The notes below the pieces were generated by a model that saw nothing but the letters and a program-made list of their open reading frames with translations, was not told the DNA's origin and searched no databases. Made by a program: the position numbers and the translations under genes. A stretch of 62,496 bases of DNA, the filler included, from Globobulimina sp. (lineage: Eukaryota): assembly GCA_003354225.1 (NCBI GenBank). It is 12 parts of 12 records of this genome, joined end to end, with 100 filler letters (N's around TTAATTAATTAA, not from the genome) between each part and the next. Parts side by side here need not be neighbours in the genome. Positions count along the whole stretch, not along the records: positions 46,971 to 52,081 come from PIVH01000720.1; positions 52,182 to 57,290 come from PIVH01000721.1; positions 57,391 to 62,496 come from PIVH01000722.1; 9 more parts are not named here. One strand, 5' to 3'. Within the stretch, counting starts at the first letter, position 1. Each line of letters begins with the position of its first letter. Below are positions 46,971 to 58,241 of this stretch, one piece after another.

Positions 46971-49823
46971 CAAATTGAACATTACAAATCAAAACTTAAG
47001 AAAGCAAACATTGACATTGCCAAAGCATCCAATTACTATCGCAAACAGTGCGCAATCTTTAAAGCAAAACAAACTGAATTACTCAAACATATATCATCCA
47101 CAAATTATTCCTCCACCAAACAGGACATAAAATATGTATTTGTTGAAGATATAAAACAAATTAAATTAATTGCTCAAAAACGTAAAAAAACCTCTATTCA
47201 AATACAGTTTGTGACGGGAGACCAGGCTATTTTTAACAACATCGATGTCATTGACGACCATAACAATAATCAGATTACACCAGATATTAAAAGTGAAAGC
47301 AATAAAAATGATATCGAGTTACAAGCCATATTATGTCAAGAATTGCAAAAACGAATTGAAGACATTGATAGTTTGATAAATATAACATTTGAGCAGAAAT
47401 ATATGATAAATGATAGCACGGATTATGGGGACACTGCGCAAAATAACAACAGCAACAACCACAATAATGATGATATATCATTGCAAATGAGATTGAATTT
47501 GATAGAATATGTAAATAAAATAAAACAACGACATAACAAATATAATTTATACGATCGGATTCAACGCGAAAATCAAAAACGAATAGGCGCAGTAAACAAT
47601 AACTACTTGCAATCATTGCATGAGAATAATGGTTTATGGAGGAATTTATTATTAAATTTCCCCATTGATATTGTTGGCATATTATCCTTCGAATTAAATG
47701 ACAGAATTCATGACGTCCAAAACGTGAAAGATGTGCTATATAAAAATGAAGAAGCATTATATGAAAATATTAATGATATAATGTCTGATATCAAATACAG
47801 ACATAATGATAGTTTCCGGTCTTGGAATAAAACCAATAATACGCATAAAATGACGCAGAAATGGAAGCATATCATCAAAGAAGTAGATATTAACAATGCG
47901 CGGTGGAGGAAACAAATATATTTTGATTCAGTTCCAACTTCAAAGATTAATTCAAATCAAAATGAATTAGAAAATCATAGCCATTCCACCAATGATTGGC
48001 TGTTTACTGACGAGATCAGAAATACTTTCATCGACTCGCTCAAAGTGAATAAGCATTCCGTGCATTTACTAACTTATATTGGAGCTTATCTGAACAGAAT
48101 AATTCCAAACATTGCAGTGGAGTTTGAAGCAGATTTATACAAATTATACATCCCAATCATTACGAATGACCCACACAATGTAATTATTACCATGTTGGAT
48201 GGCATTCTATTTGCAATATTAATCAATTTGTGTGAGAGGGATTGCATTGATTTGCGTGTATTGCAATTACCAAATAACAGCGCCAATACAAGCAAAGAGC
48301 CAGAACCGTTAAGCGAAATATCGATCCGTTGCAATATGAGAATAATATTTTCTTCATTGGCCGCGTTAAATATTGAATTACCGCAATGGAGCATTGATGA
48401 TTACTTTGATATTAATATCACGGTCAATATCATGCTATGCATTGTGTTCCAGCTATTTTCCAAACAGTTAGATGATAAAATAAATATTACTGCACATCCA
48501 CAGTTGTTGCGGTTGTGTCAAAGCGAAGCTGAAGGACAAAATGCGTCATTTTATACTTGGAAGGTGTGGCTAAATAAATGGTTGTTACATCTCAAAGAGC
48601 CGAAACAAATGCCATTACAGCCGGTAATTCACGAAGAGAAAGAGCCGGAAATGCATAGCTTAGGCAATTTTAATGATGATAATAGGAATAGATTTGAATC
48701 TGACACGGATTTAATTGCAAATATATTGCATACCATTGACTATCATGATTATTTGATACTGATTTGCTGCAGAATGGATGACGAGTTTGTAGCTAATAAA
48801 TTATATAAAAATGATGCTCATTGTTTGTTGTTGTATGAGTGTATAACTAGTAAGTTATTGGCAGGCACAGAGACTATGATTAAGCTCCAAGACATCCAGT
48901 CACATAATCCATTATTACAAGAGATGTTATTAGCGGATATTTTCGAGGTTAACAATGGAATAAATGCGTTGAGTAAAGAGGAGAAAAAGATAATTTCATC
49001 CAACAGCAATATGAGTCATGTATTGATAAAGCGGTCGGCCGAGGAACAGATATTGATCTCATGGATAAATTCATTTGTTGGCGATTGTAAGTTGCATATA
49101 AATAATTTACAATATTGCTTGTGTGATGGCGTGATTATTCTGAGATTGTTGGATAAGTTGAAAGCGGGCTGCGTGGATTGGAAGTGTGTCAAGTTAAGAA
49201 ATGCGATCCGCAATAAATTTGATGCTTTGACCAATTGCAAGTTAATAATGGATGCATGTAATGATAATTTTGCATTTAATTTGGTTGGATTGAATAGCAG
49301 CGATATTGCTGATGGCAATTTAAAATATATAAATAAATTATTGTATCAAATCATGTGCTATTCGAGGAATATTTTATTGTCAGAGATACAATTTAATGGC
49401 AAATATGTGACGGATAAAATGATTTTGCAATGGATCAATAATAGAATTAAAAATTATAAAAAGAAAATTAAAGAGAATGACCAGTTGCAACATAATAAAT
49501 TAAAATTAATTACAATTAAATCATTTCGCGAGAATCAATTAAATGATTCGATATTATTTATCAATTTATTAGCTTCCATACAAAGTGAATGGATTAATTA
49601 CGATTTTGTTGAAAATATACCAAAAGGCAATATTAATAATAGTAGAAAAGAAAAATTATTAAATGCAAAATATTGTATTACGCTCATTCGCAAATTAGGA
49701 CAAAAAATATTTGTTATTGCCAATGATATTTGCATGTCGGATGCAAGAGCCATATTATCTATTTTTACAAATATTATGATTATTGCTGCAAAACATAGTG
49801 ATAACGATCAACTTATTAATTAA
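46971..49823 (+). CDS. Divergent fimbrin/plastin-like protein (tandem CH actin-binding domains) with long N-terminal extension; 5'-truncated
   Basis: Frame open from 46971; DGILFAILIN..IDLRVL, EEQILISWINS, LCDGVIILRLLD, LVGLNSSDIADGN, ILQWIN, NAKYCITLIRKLG. Confidence 0.82.
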   Translation, partial: QIEHYKSKLKKANIDIAKASNYYRKQCAIFKAKQTELLKHISSTNYSSTKQDIKYVFVEDIKQIKLIAQKRKKTSIQIQFVTGDQAIFNNIDVIDDHNNNQITPDIKSESNKNDIELQAILCQELQKRIEDIDSLINITFEQKYMINDSTDYGDTAQNNNSNNHNNDDISLQMRLNLIEYVNKIKQRHNKYNLYDRIQRENQKRIGAVNNNYLQSLHENNGLWRNLLLNFPIDIVGILSFELNDRIHDVQNVKDVLYKNEEALYENINDIMSDIKYRHNDSFRSWNKTNNTHKMTQKWKHIIKEVDINNARWRKQIYFDSVPTSKINSNQNELENHSHSTNDWLFTDEIRNTFIDSLKVNKHSVHLLTYIGAYLNRIIPNIAVEFEADLYKLYIPIITNDPHNVIITMLDGILFAILINLCERDCIDLRVLQLPNNSANTSKEPEPLSEISIRCNMRIIFSSLAALNIELPQWSIDDYFDINITVNIMLCIVFQLFSKQLDDKINITAHPQLLRLCQSEAEGQNASFYTWKVWLNKWLLHLKEPKQMPLQPVIHEEKEPEMHSLGNFNDDNRNRFESDTDLIANILHTIDYHDYLILICCRMDDEFVANKLYKNDAHCLLLYECITSKLLAGTETMIKLQDIQSHNPLLQEMLLADIFEVNNGINALSKEEKKIISSNSNMSHVLIKRSAEEQILISWINSFVGDCKLHINNLQYCLCDGVIILRLLDKLKAGCVDWKCVKLRNAIRNKFDALTNCKLIMDACNDNFAFNLVGLNSSDIADGNLKYINKLLYQIMCYSRNILLSEIQFNGKYVTDKMILQWINNRIKNYKKKIKENDQLQHNKLKLITIKSFRENQLNDSILFINLLASIQSEWINYDFVENIPKGNINNSRKEKLLNAKYCITLIRKLGQKIFVIANDICMSDARAILSIFTNIMIIAAKHSDNDQLIN

Positions 49824-50074
49824 TTTTATTTTATTTTTGTTTGTTATAATTATGTTCGCTCTATGTTTTTCAGTTGTATTTTTTTGTGAACTTTAATACC
49901 CGATGTTTTTCAGTTGTATTTTCAATTTGAATGAGAAAACCCGATGAAATCCGAGACAAAACGTTGTATCATATGTGTAAACAACGACTTCCATTCGTTT
50001 TGGAAATGGTATAATAATAAACCATCGGATTTTTGATGTGTCACTAGTTCTCGGTGCAAACGATTTAATTAACA

Positions 50075-51880
50075 ATGCTTGGATCACAACCTAAACAGGA
50101 ACATGGTTGTTATGCTGTAGAATTGCATTGCCATTTAGGTATATTATGCATTTAGCTCTAAAAAATGCACATACAGTTTATGATTGCATCAAAATAAAAC
50201 GTAGATGGCTGTGTAACACCAGAAATTGTATTCGCCGCAGCAAAAAGAAACAATATTAAATTGCCATCAAATTGTAAAACTGCGGAGGACTTGATTCCTC
50301 ATATAACCTGTCTTCGAGAACCGGACTCATTGAAAGAAATGTTGGACAAATTATATTTTTACTTACCTATAATTGCTGGCGATTCTATAGCCATTAAACA
50401 GATTTGCCATTCCTTTGCAAAGCAACAATATACGAATAAAATCTATTATTCAGAAGTTCGATACTGTCCTCACTTATTATCTGGGAAAGATTTATCAGCT
50501 GAACAGGTATTGACAGTCATATTGCAAACATTGCAAGAAGCATCCAAACGGTATGGCATTATTATAAAATCAATACTATGCAATATGCGCCAATGGAAAG
50601 CCGATCAACGCGCAACAGAGATACTTGACTATGCCATCAAATATGATGATGTAATCGGTATTGATTTAGCCGGAGACGAATCAGCGTCTGATTCGACCGA
50701 CGGTTGGAAGCAATTCTTTTTCAAAGCAAAGTTTGAGCATAAATTGAATATTACAGTGCATGCGGGAGAAGCTCTTGGGCCACAAAGTGTGTTCGATGCG
50801 TTAGACAATTTATATGCGGATAGAATAGGCCACGGTTATAGTTCTCTGCAGAATCGCACATTGCTTGACAGATTGCAGAGGGACCAAATCCATTTGGAGT
50901 GCTGTCCAACGTCCAGTATTTGTACAAAAGCTGTGGAACTCAAAAATAATGAATGGGGGAAGCATCCAATTGCGTTGTTTCAGAAACATGGCATTAATTT
51001 TGGTGTAAATAGTGACGATCCAATGGTATTGAATTGCTGTTATAGCTCGGAAGTGGATATTTTGATTGAAAAGTGTGGTTTAAGTAAACTCCAAGTCATT
51101 GCATGTTGGATGAGAGCTGCAAATGCAGCGTTTTTGAATGACAGTGAGACGGATCAGTTAGTAAAAGAGATAGAGTGCAGAGTTAAGAAATATTATTTGA
51201 ATGAATATGTATCCTTTGATTCATGGATAAGCAAACAATGGAAGATTGGATCAAAAGTTGAGGTTTATTCCGCGTCCAATGATTGTTGGTTTGTAGCTGA
51301 TATTGTTGGGATAGTTAATGATTCTGAAGGGGAGTGGTTGGAAGTACAGTATATTGTCAATGATATGTTCAGATCAAAACAAATCCCGCGCGATGATGAT
51401 GCTGCGATCCGACCCTTTTCAAAAGCAAGCAAAGTATACCGGTACATATATGATGCTGTTCAAGCTGTTGCTGTTTCTGTTGCTGTTTCTGTTTCTGGCG
51501 GCGATATGAAAACGGCACAAGGAATAAATGGAGAAGAAGAAGATGAGGAATCAGTGCCCATTGGTCGTCCGGGTGATACAAGAGATGTTTTTATTTTATG
51601 TGACGCACAAGGATCTAAAACAAAAAAAGTTAGATTAGCACCAATTTGGTTTGATGTTCAGAAACGTTTCGATAATAATGAGAAATTACATGATGAAAAA
51701 TTTGATGAAATCATGGGTGATACAGTGCAAAATGTGGAGATTGTGGCCGAGAAACAAAATGATATTTTGGCAGAATTGCAAGAATTACGTTTTGGTGCGG
51801 ATAGAGTGGCAGATAAAATGAATGATATTTCTGATGGAATAATGAGTGAAAAACAAAACAATGTACATTCAGATGACTGA
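50075..51880 (+). CDS. ADA: Adenosine deaminase with C-terminal Tudor/SH3-like barrel and coiled coil; 2 exons
   Basis: ATG 50075; VELHCHL|DG across intron 50139-50204; EVRYCPH, GIDLAGDE, TVHAGE, RIGHG, ECCPTSS, VNSDDP. Confidence 0.92.
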
Positions 51881-52181
51881 CAAAAATGAAAAATTATATT
51901 TTGTGTTTGGAACTTGATGAGTTTTGTTTGCAGCTACTAGTGGTTAAAAAAAAAGGGTTTCCAAACAACTGAAATCACCTCATGTAAATACGTCGATCAC
52001 TGTGTCTTTTGTTTCTTACTTTTATCAACAAGAAAATCTCGATTAAACACCTGTTTATCATACACCTGCCTTGCATGATCANNNNNNNNNNNNNNNNNNN
52101 NNNNNNNNNNNNNNNNNNNNNNNNNTTAATTAATTAANNNNNNNNNNNNNNNNNNNNNNNNNNNNNNNNNNNNNNNNNNNN

Positions 52182-55100
52182 GACTGTGCGAGCGCAGTGG
52201 ATTATTATCGGCATCCTCCCGGAGATCGCGGTGGCCGGAGATCTCATTCAGCGCCAATCCCACCGGTAACTGTGCGTCAATCTCATCGTCCAACAAATTG
52301 GCTGACGTACCCGCAGCGCCCCGGCGCTTTCTCCGAGCACCGGCTCCAGAGTCATCAGGGTCATCTAAGTCCGTATTCAGCCACAACATTAAGTTAATCC
52401 GTCCATTCTCGTCATATATATCCGCTTCCTCCTGCCGTTGGTTCTTTTTCTCCTCTTCTTCATTGTCCACAGCATCGCCACTCTGCGCCGTAAACCGCAA
52501 CGCGTCCTCGAAAAAGCGGTCCAATTCACGGCCAGCGTTGTCCAACAACCACACTGCAGCCACTTCCAAATTATCCGAACATTGCTCCAATGACACCACT
52601 GCCAAATCCAACGGGTAGTTGCCGCCCATCATAATCACCAGTTCCTCGGCGCGCGTTCTCCGTATCATTTCGACTTCGGACAGTTCCGTGCTGGGATCGT
52701 TATGCTTCTCCATCTCAGCCAGCCACTTCTTGTCCAATTTGGTGTCTTCGAACGGGAATTTGAACGCTGCATTGCCTAAATTCACCTCAACGATGGCGTT
52801 GTTGGATTGCATCCATATCATTGGGTAAAACTGTCCCTGCACGTTTTCGAAACCTATCTGAGAGTATTCGTGCTGCGACAATATCACTCCGTTTTTGGTG
52901 AAGTATATTTTCTGATATTGCTTGCCGTCCCAACCCACGCCGATGGTGTCGCCTTCTGCGAAGGACAGCGTTTTCAATTCGTGCGGGATGGACTCGCGAG
53001 ACACGGTGTTGTATTGAAATCCATTGCAGCCAATCGCGTACGAGGACTGTGCACCGGGTTTGCCCTGAAATTGCATGCCGGACCGCCAGACTCCCACTGC
53101 GATGTTCCAGTTATGCTCGATGGCTAAGGACTTGTCGTTTAACTGCAACGCGCCGGTGCCCATTTTCACGATGGTCACTTCATAGTAATACGCAGGGATT
53201 GATTGTGGGGCCAATTCTGTGCTGCGGCAATATCCCACGAAATATTCCGGGTTGGTTTTGAACATGATTCTGTACGGATATTTGGACGAAAACCGCACAT
53301 TTTTGCTCGATTCGCTGTCCAATGTCTTTGGCAAATTTAATTTTAAATTTTTGTACGGCGAAAATTTCAACAGTTGACGTTGGGTTTGCGAGCGAGCGGA
53401 TTTTGGGATACGTTCGACGAATGATAGTGGTCTATCGTGTATCTTCTCTAATAATCGGTTTTCTAACTCTTCTAAGAAACGGATACTGCGATATTGATCC
53501 AGCGCTGTTGGACGAGTCGCAATCGCTAATAAGTTGCTTAATAACTTGTCATTGGCACATTTTAATAGCACGGAGGTGCCATCACTTTGCTCCATTAACA
53601 CACATAACGCTTTCAGCCCCAATGAGCGCAATTGATGGAACAATAACTGCGACAATGACGGCTCTGGCACAGCGGCAGGAATCTCCACATCAGTTTCCTT
53701 TTTTTCTTTCTTCTTAGGTGGCGGCATAGCCATAGCACCAAATCCCATCGCAGCAAAAGAAGGAGTGGGCATCGTCGGCGCCATCGGGTTCTTAAAGCCG
53801 CAAACACCGCACGAACTGGCCGACATTTGGTTGATTAATGTGCATTGCGGGCAATTCCATTCCACTGCGTCGACTGGCTGGGTCTGCTCTGTTTGCAGTG
53901 GCTCTGCGTTAACGTTATTTGGTGGGACCGGAGGATCTGCGCTATCTGTTTTATGCTCAATATCAGTTTTACTCTCCTCCGGCACAACATTGTGTGTGCT
54001 TTCCTCGCTATCGCTGCTGGCCGGATCCCTCGATTCGAGATGGATCGGGTCGGTGAATATAGTCAGATACTGCAATAATTGCTCGTTGATGGGTATGATG
54101 CCTAAGGCACTCATCTCCGACATGGGGATTACTTTGGATATCTCGATGGTGACTGGCCGCTTGACATTGTCAAATAAGACCTGGCATAAACCAGTCGATC
54201 TATTCACGGTGATACATATGCCCTTTTCCGCCATGGCTGCGTCATCTTCTTCATTGATTTTTAATTGCACTCTGCAGCCCGGCCGTAATCTGTCGCCATG
54301 GCCACCCAAAATGGACAGACTGGCCATTAATATCTTCACTTGCATGAATGCATCCATATCGCTGTCATCTTCAGGCGATTTTTTAATGTCGTCATCATCG
54401 TACACTTCGCCCTTGTTCAGGTTGATTAATTTGGATGCATTTCTTAATGAATTAAACAAGGTTTCCAGTACGAATCCTCTCCATTTGTTATTCTTTAACA
54501 AAGCTCGTAGGAAAATCACATAATCCAAACTTAAGTCACGTTTGATCTCCGCAGATAACGCCATGGTATGATCCAAAGCTGACCATTCGTGTAAAACATG
54601 CTGTGTAATGTTTGGGTTTTGCGCCAACATTAATTCCCCGCATTTTACAAAGAAAAATCGTACTAATTCCGCATCGGATGCACTGGTGTCGTCCTCCAAT
54701 AACCCCTGCTTTTCTTCCATTTTATGCAACATTCCCAATGCAGACTTTGCAGGCGCTGCTGATCGAGGCGTCAGTGGCTGTGAAGGCAGCAATGCCTCTC
54801 TCTTCGCAGTGCCTTTAATCAGCTCAACTGCATTTACCTTGGTCAAGCCACACGGCGGTATAAACTGCGTAATATCTCGCAATATCAGCAATGCCACGCG
54901 TTGTATCCTCGGCGTTCCATGGTACAACAACTCACATAATGTAATTAGAAACGCATCCGATTTCACGAAGGATTTAATGCTCCGCGAGTTGGACTTGTAC
55001 GTTAAATGTCGGATACATGCAATATGCGCATAAATCAACTGTTCAACCTGCAAAAAAGTAGCATCATAGTTGGTGCACATAAATCGAATATCCGCATTGG

Positions 55101-56250
55101 AGTCCCAGTCATTGTTCGCTTCCGCAATGTGTATCTTTGCATTGCTATGCGACGCTATTTTGATACTGCTCAACCGCGCTATATTACGCACAATCTCATT
55201 ATGCGTACAATGCAAGATCTGCACTTGCAATCCACCCAAATTCAAATCATCCGGCGTAGGCATCGTCGTATTGTTAAGCCAGCCTTTCTTCCCATTATTA
55301 AAGCCCATCAACATTAACGACAGCAAGTTATACAAGGATTTCAGTAACAAATTATTGTTATCTTTCTGATGCGGCGCTAATGTCTTCCAATCAATACCGA
55401 CTGTCGCCATTAATGCATCCATCTCCTCCTCGGGTACAGATACCTGCACTTTGGCTGGTGATGAGACAGCAGCACTGTTCCAGTTACTTTTTAATAGCCC
55501 AATGTACTGCGTCAACATCGCATGGACTGTATCCAACACTTTCGTACTGGCAATAAACGTCTCCTCGCCCGGTGTCAGCACCATGGCCCAGGCACTTATC
55601 GCCTGTTGTTTTAGCGGCAACTGCACAGAAACATCCTTTATCAGCTCAGCAAAGTATAAATACAGCTTTTCCCACATCACTCGAATGTGTTTCTCGTGCA
55701 CCGCGCCACAGCTTTGTATATTGGATAAAAAATGAATAGTACGCGGACCAACGTCATAATCGCCATATTCCCGCAACGGGCATTTCCATTCGCGCAACAA
55801 TGACACTTTGGGCGATAAACAGGTCAATGCTTTGCTGTCCTCCGTACCATTCAATAAACCCAACAAACATTCCATCGAATCACTGCGTAATTTGGCCCTA
55901 CGTCGATGCCGTTTGATTAATCCAATAAATGTCTCCAATGAGGTCTCGCATTGAATGAATGTAATAATCATATCCGGCAGCGATGTAATACCTTTTTTTT
56001 CATCCTTTTTTCGCGCTTTATGCGCCTCGAAATTATTTATAGTTTTCCAAGTATCAAAAGCCAACCTCCATTGATCCAAATTATTCACTTTATCACTACG
56101 GACCGACGAATCACTAAATTGCCGTTCCAGTGACTTCAACTGCGATACTTGCACCGTCATAGAAAAAGAAGTAGTTTCTTCGTCAGATATCCCCTCCATA
56201 AACATCCTGCAAAATGGCCGCATCTGTAACAAAAACTGCGCTTTTTTCTT
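52182..56250 (-). CDS. Fragment of a giant ubiquitin-ligase-like protein (RanBP2-type ZnF, SPRY, UBA), probably HECT-type; both ends missing
   Basis: WNCPQCTLIN..SCGVCG; SPRY YYYEVTI..EGDTIGVG..IYFTKNG..FYPMI..VNLG; UBA MGGNYP..NLEVAAVWLL. HECT domain itself not seen. Confidence 0.8.
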
Positions 56251-56858
56251 AATCTCTGCATATGAACAGTCACAGTAGTAAAATCTCCATACTCATTACC
56301 CCAGACCTCTTTAAATATCTGTTCTTTAGAGAAAACCTCTCCTCTATTTGATGTTAAAAACAGAAGAAGATCCATTTCCCTCTTGGATATATCAATTCTG
56401 GAATTATCTTTTTTAAGTGTATAATGATCAGGATTAAACTGGATTTCCCCTAAGTGTATAATTCCATTCTTTGATTCCAGATCTTCCGTTTTATTCACTG
56501 TTCTGTTTAAATGTGCCCGTATTCTTGCCGTTAGAACACCTGGACTGAAAGGTTTAGTAACATAATCATCTGCACCACCATTAAAACCGGTTAACATATC
56601 CCCGTCTTCCTGTCTGGCAGAAGTAATTATTACAGGAATCGTGTTATTTTTTCTAATTTGCTCCAGAGTTTCAAATCCATCGATTCCCGGCAGATTTATA
56701 TCCAGAACCAGAAGATCAAACTTCTCATCTTTCAGAGCGATAAGGCCTTCTTCTCCCGATTTACAGCAGGTTGTCCTTATGGATTCTCTAGTTAAATATA
56801 AAGAGATCAGATGAGCAATATCATTCTCATCTTCTATAATAAGTACACTTGCTTCCAT
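56241..56858 (-). CDS. Bacterial OmpR/PhoB-family response regulator, C-terminally truncated at the junction
   Basis: VLIIEDE, LVLDINLPGIDG, GADDYVTKPF, KREMDLL..VFSKEQI..VWG..TVTVHMQRLRKK; the terminal TVrGxGY hairpin is absent. Confidence 0.92.
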
Positions 56859-56863
56859 ATATC

Positions 56864-56868
56864 CCTCC
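56864..56868 (-). promoter_or_regulatory. Shine-Dalgarno GGAGG upstream of the response regulator ATG (56858)
   Basis: Minus strand reads TGGGAGGGATAT-ATG. Confidence 0.75.
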
Positions 56869-56952
56869 CAATCAAACAGACTGATATTATACACTGGTAA
56901 TTAAAATCATAAATAGATTGTTTTGATTTATGGAAGAATCTATACTCGTAAA

Positions 56953-57273
56953 ATGGGGAAAAGTTATACAAAAACCATATTAAAAATTGGATTGCCTCTA
57001 TTAGCCAGTCAAATGTCACATTATATAATGAGGCTGGCTGATACTATTATGGTCGGTAGACTTGGAACAGAACAATTGGCGGCAATATCCATGGCTAGTA
57101 TGTTTTTTGCTGTACTTGTTGTACTTGTCTGGCCGATATCTATCGGGGCACAGACAATCACTTCACGAAGATATGGCAAAATCTTTGAAACTGAAAGTAA
57201 AAAAAATGAAAAAAACTGCTTATTTACCGGTGAAGTACTGGATAATGCAATACTGATAGGTGCAGTAGCATAA
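56953..57273 (+). CDS. Bacterial MATE-family efflux transporter, N-terminal fragment
   Basis: ILKIGLPLLASQM..LADTIMVGRLGTEQLAAIS..GAQTITSRRYG; stops after about 106 aa close to the contig end. Confidence 0.85.
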   Translation: MGKSYTKTILKIGLPLLASQMSHYIMRLADTIMVGRLGTEQLAAISMASMFFAVLVVLVWPISIGAQTITSRRYGKIFETESKKNEKNCLFTGEVLDNAILIGAVA

Positions 57274-57390
57274 TTCCTAGCAGAGCTAGCNNNNNNNNNN
57301 NNNNNNNNNNNNNNNNNNNNNNNNNNNNNNNNNNTTAATTAATTAANNNNNNNNNNNNNNNNNNNNNNNNNNNNNNNNNNNNNNNNNNNN

Positions 57391-58072
57391 AATTCGGTTC
57401 TTGACATGTATTGACAGGATTGTGTATATATGCGGGCTGATTGTATGCTGTGTTGACGTTAACAGCATACTGTGAATAATTACAACTGTAAATAGATGGC
57501 GGTGAACTAATATTATATACATGCATATTATCACAATATACAGCGTTTGATGTAGTTACATCGAGAGATGAAATGGATACTAATTCGTCAATCATTTCTG
57601 CAGAATTTAAAGTATCGGAATTATTATAATAATGTTGGGTTTCTAGTTCGTTTGGCGTTTGTTTGCCAGAATAATGATACTTATCTTGTTTAGTATTGAC
57701 TTTTGATAATGGCGAAGGCGCATTTTCTAAGTAAAATGCTTCAAATAAATCTTCTGAAGATAAGCAGAAAGGTGATGATGCATCAATATTATCCATCAAT
57801 TCCACTGACGGAATGTGTGAACAATTATTTGTTAGTTCTGTTGAACGATTATTATAATTATTACTTTTATTGAGATCTTCACAAATTAAACCTTCGGTTT
57901 CAAGCATTCTAAAAATGCCATCCAAATTCTTATTACATCCCTTTTTTATGCGTTGCTTTTTCGTCGCCTTTTTTATTGTCCATTTTAACCATACAACCTG
58001 AAGAATTTTATTCCATTGTTTGTAATATTTAATAATATTATTTTCTGTATACACTTTATTGACTGAATTCAT
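57391..58072 (-). CDS. Hypothetical protein, 3'-truncated
   Basis: ATG at 58072, open to the contig edge; low-complexity Asn/Ser/Tyr tail. Confidence 0.55.
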
Positions 58073-58241
58073 ATCTACTCGCAATCACAAGCCGGACAGA
58101 AAAAGACTAGAGGATTTAAGCGTTTTTTTAGCTGTTTGTTGTATGTCTGTTGACAGAATTAGTTTTGGTTTTGCCAACTGAAAAACTTTACATTTTTAAG
58201 GCTGTACATTTTCTACTAAGCACCATCTATCTTGATGTCAG

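Noticed and set aside
52197-56133. Many plus-strand ORFs up to 252 aa opposite the E3-like gene (also 45131-45682 and 22495-22755)
   Set aside because: Antisense shadows of real coding sequence or of repeats; no independent motifs
56157-56894. Full-length response regulator with a novel C-terminus, or a regulator-E3 fusion
   Set aside because: Residues after RLRKK are an out-of-frame reading of the eukaryotic gene; the two ORFs are in different frames
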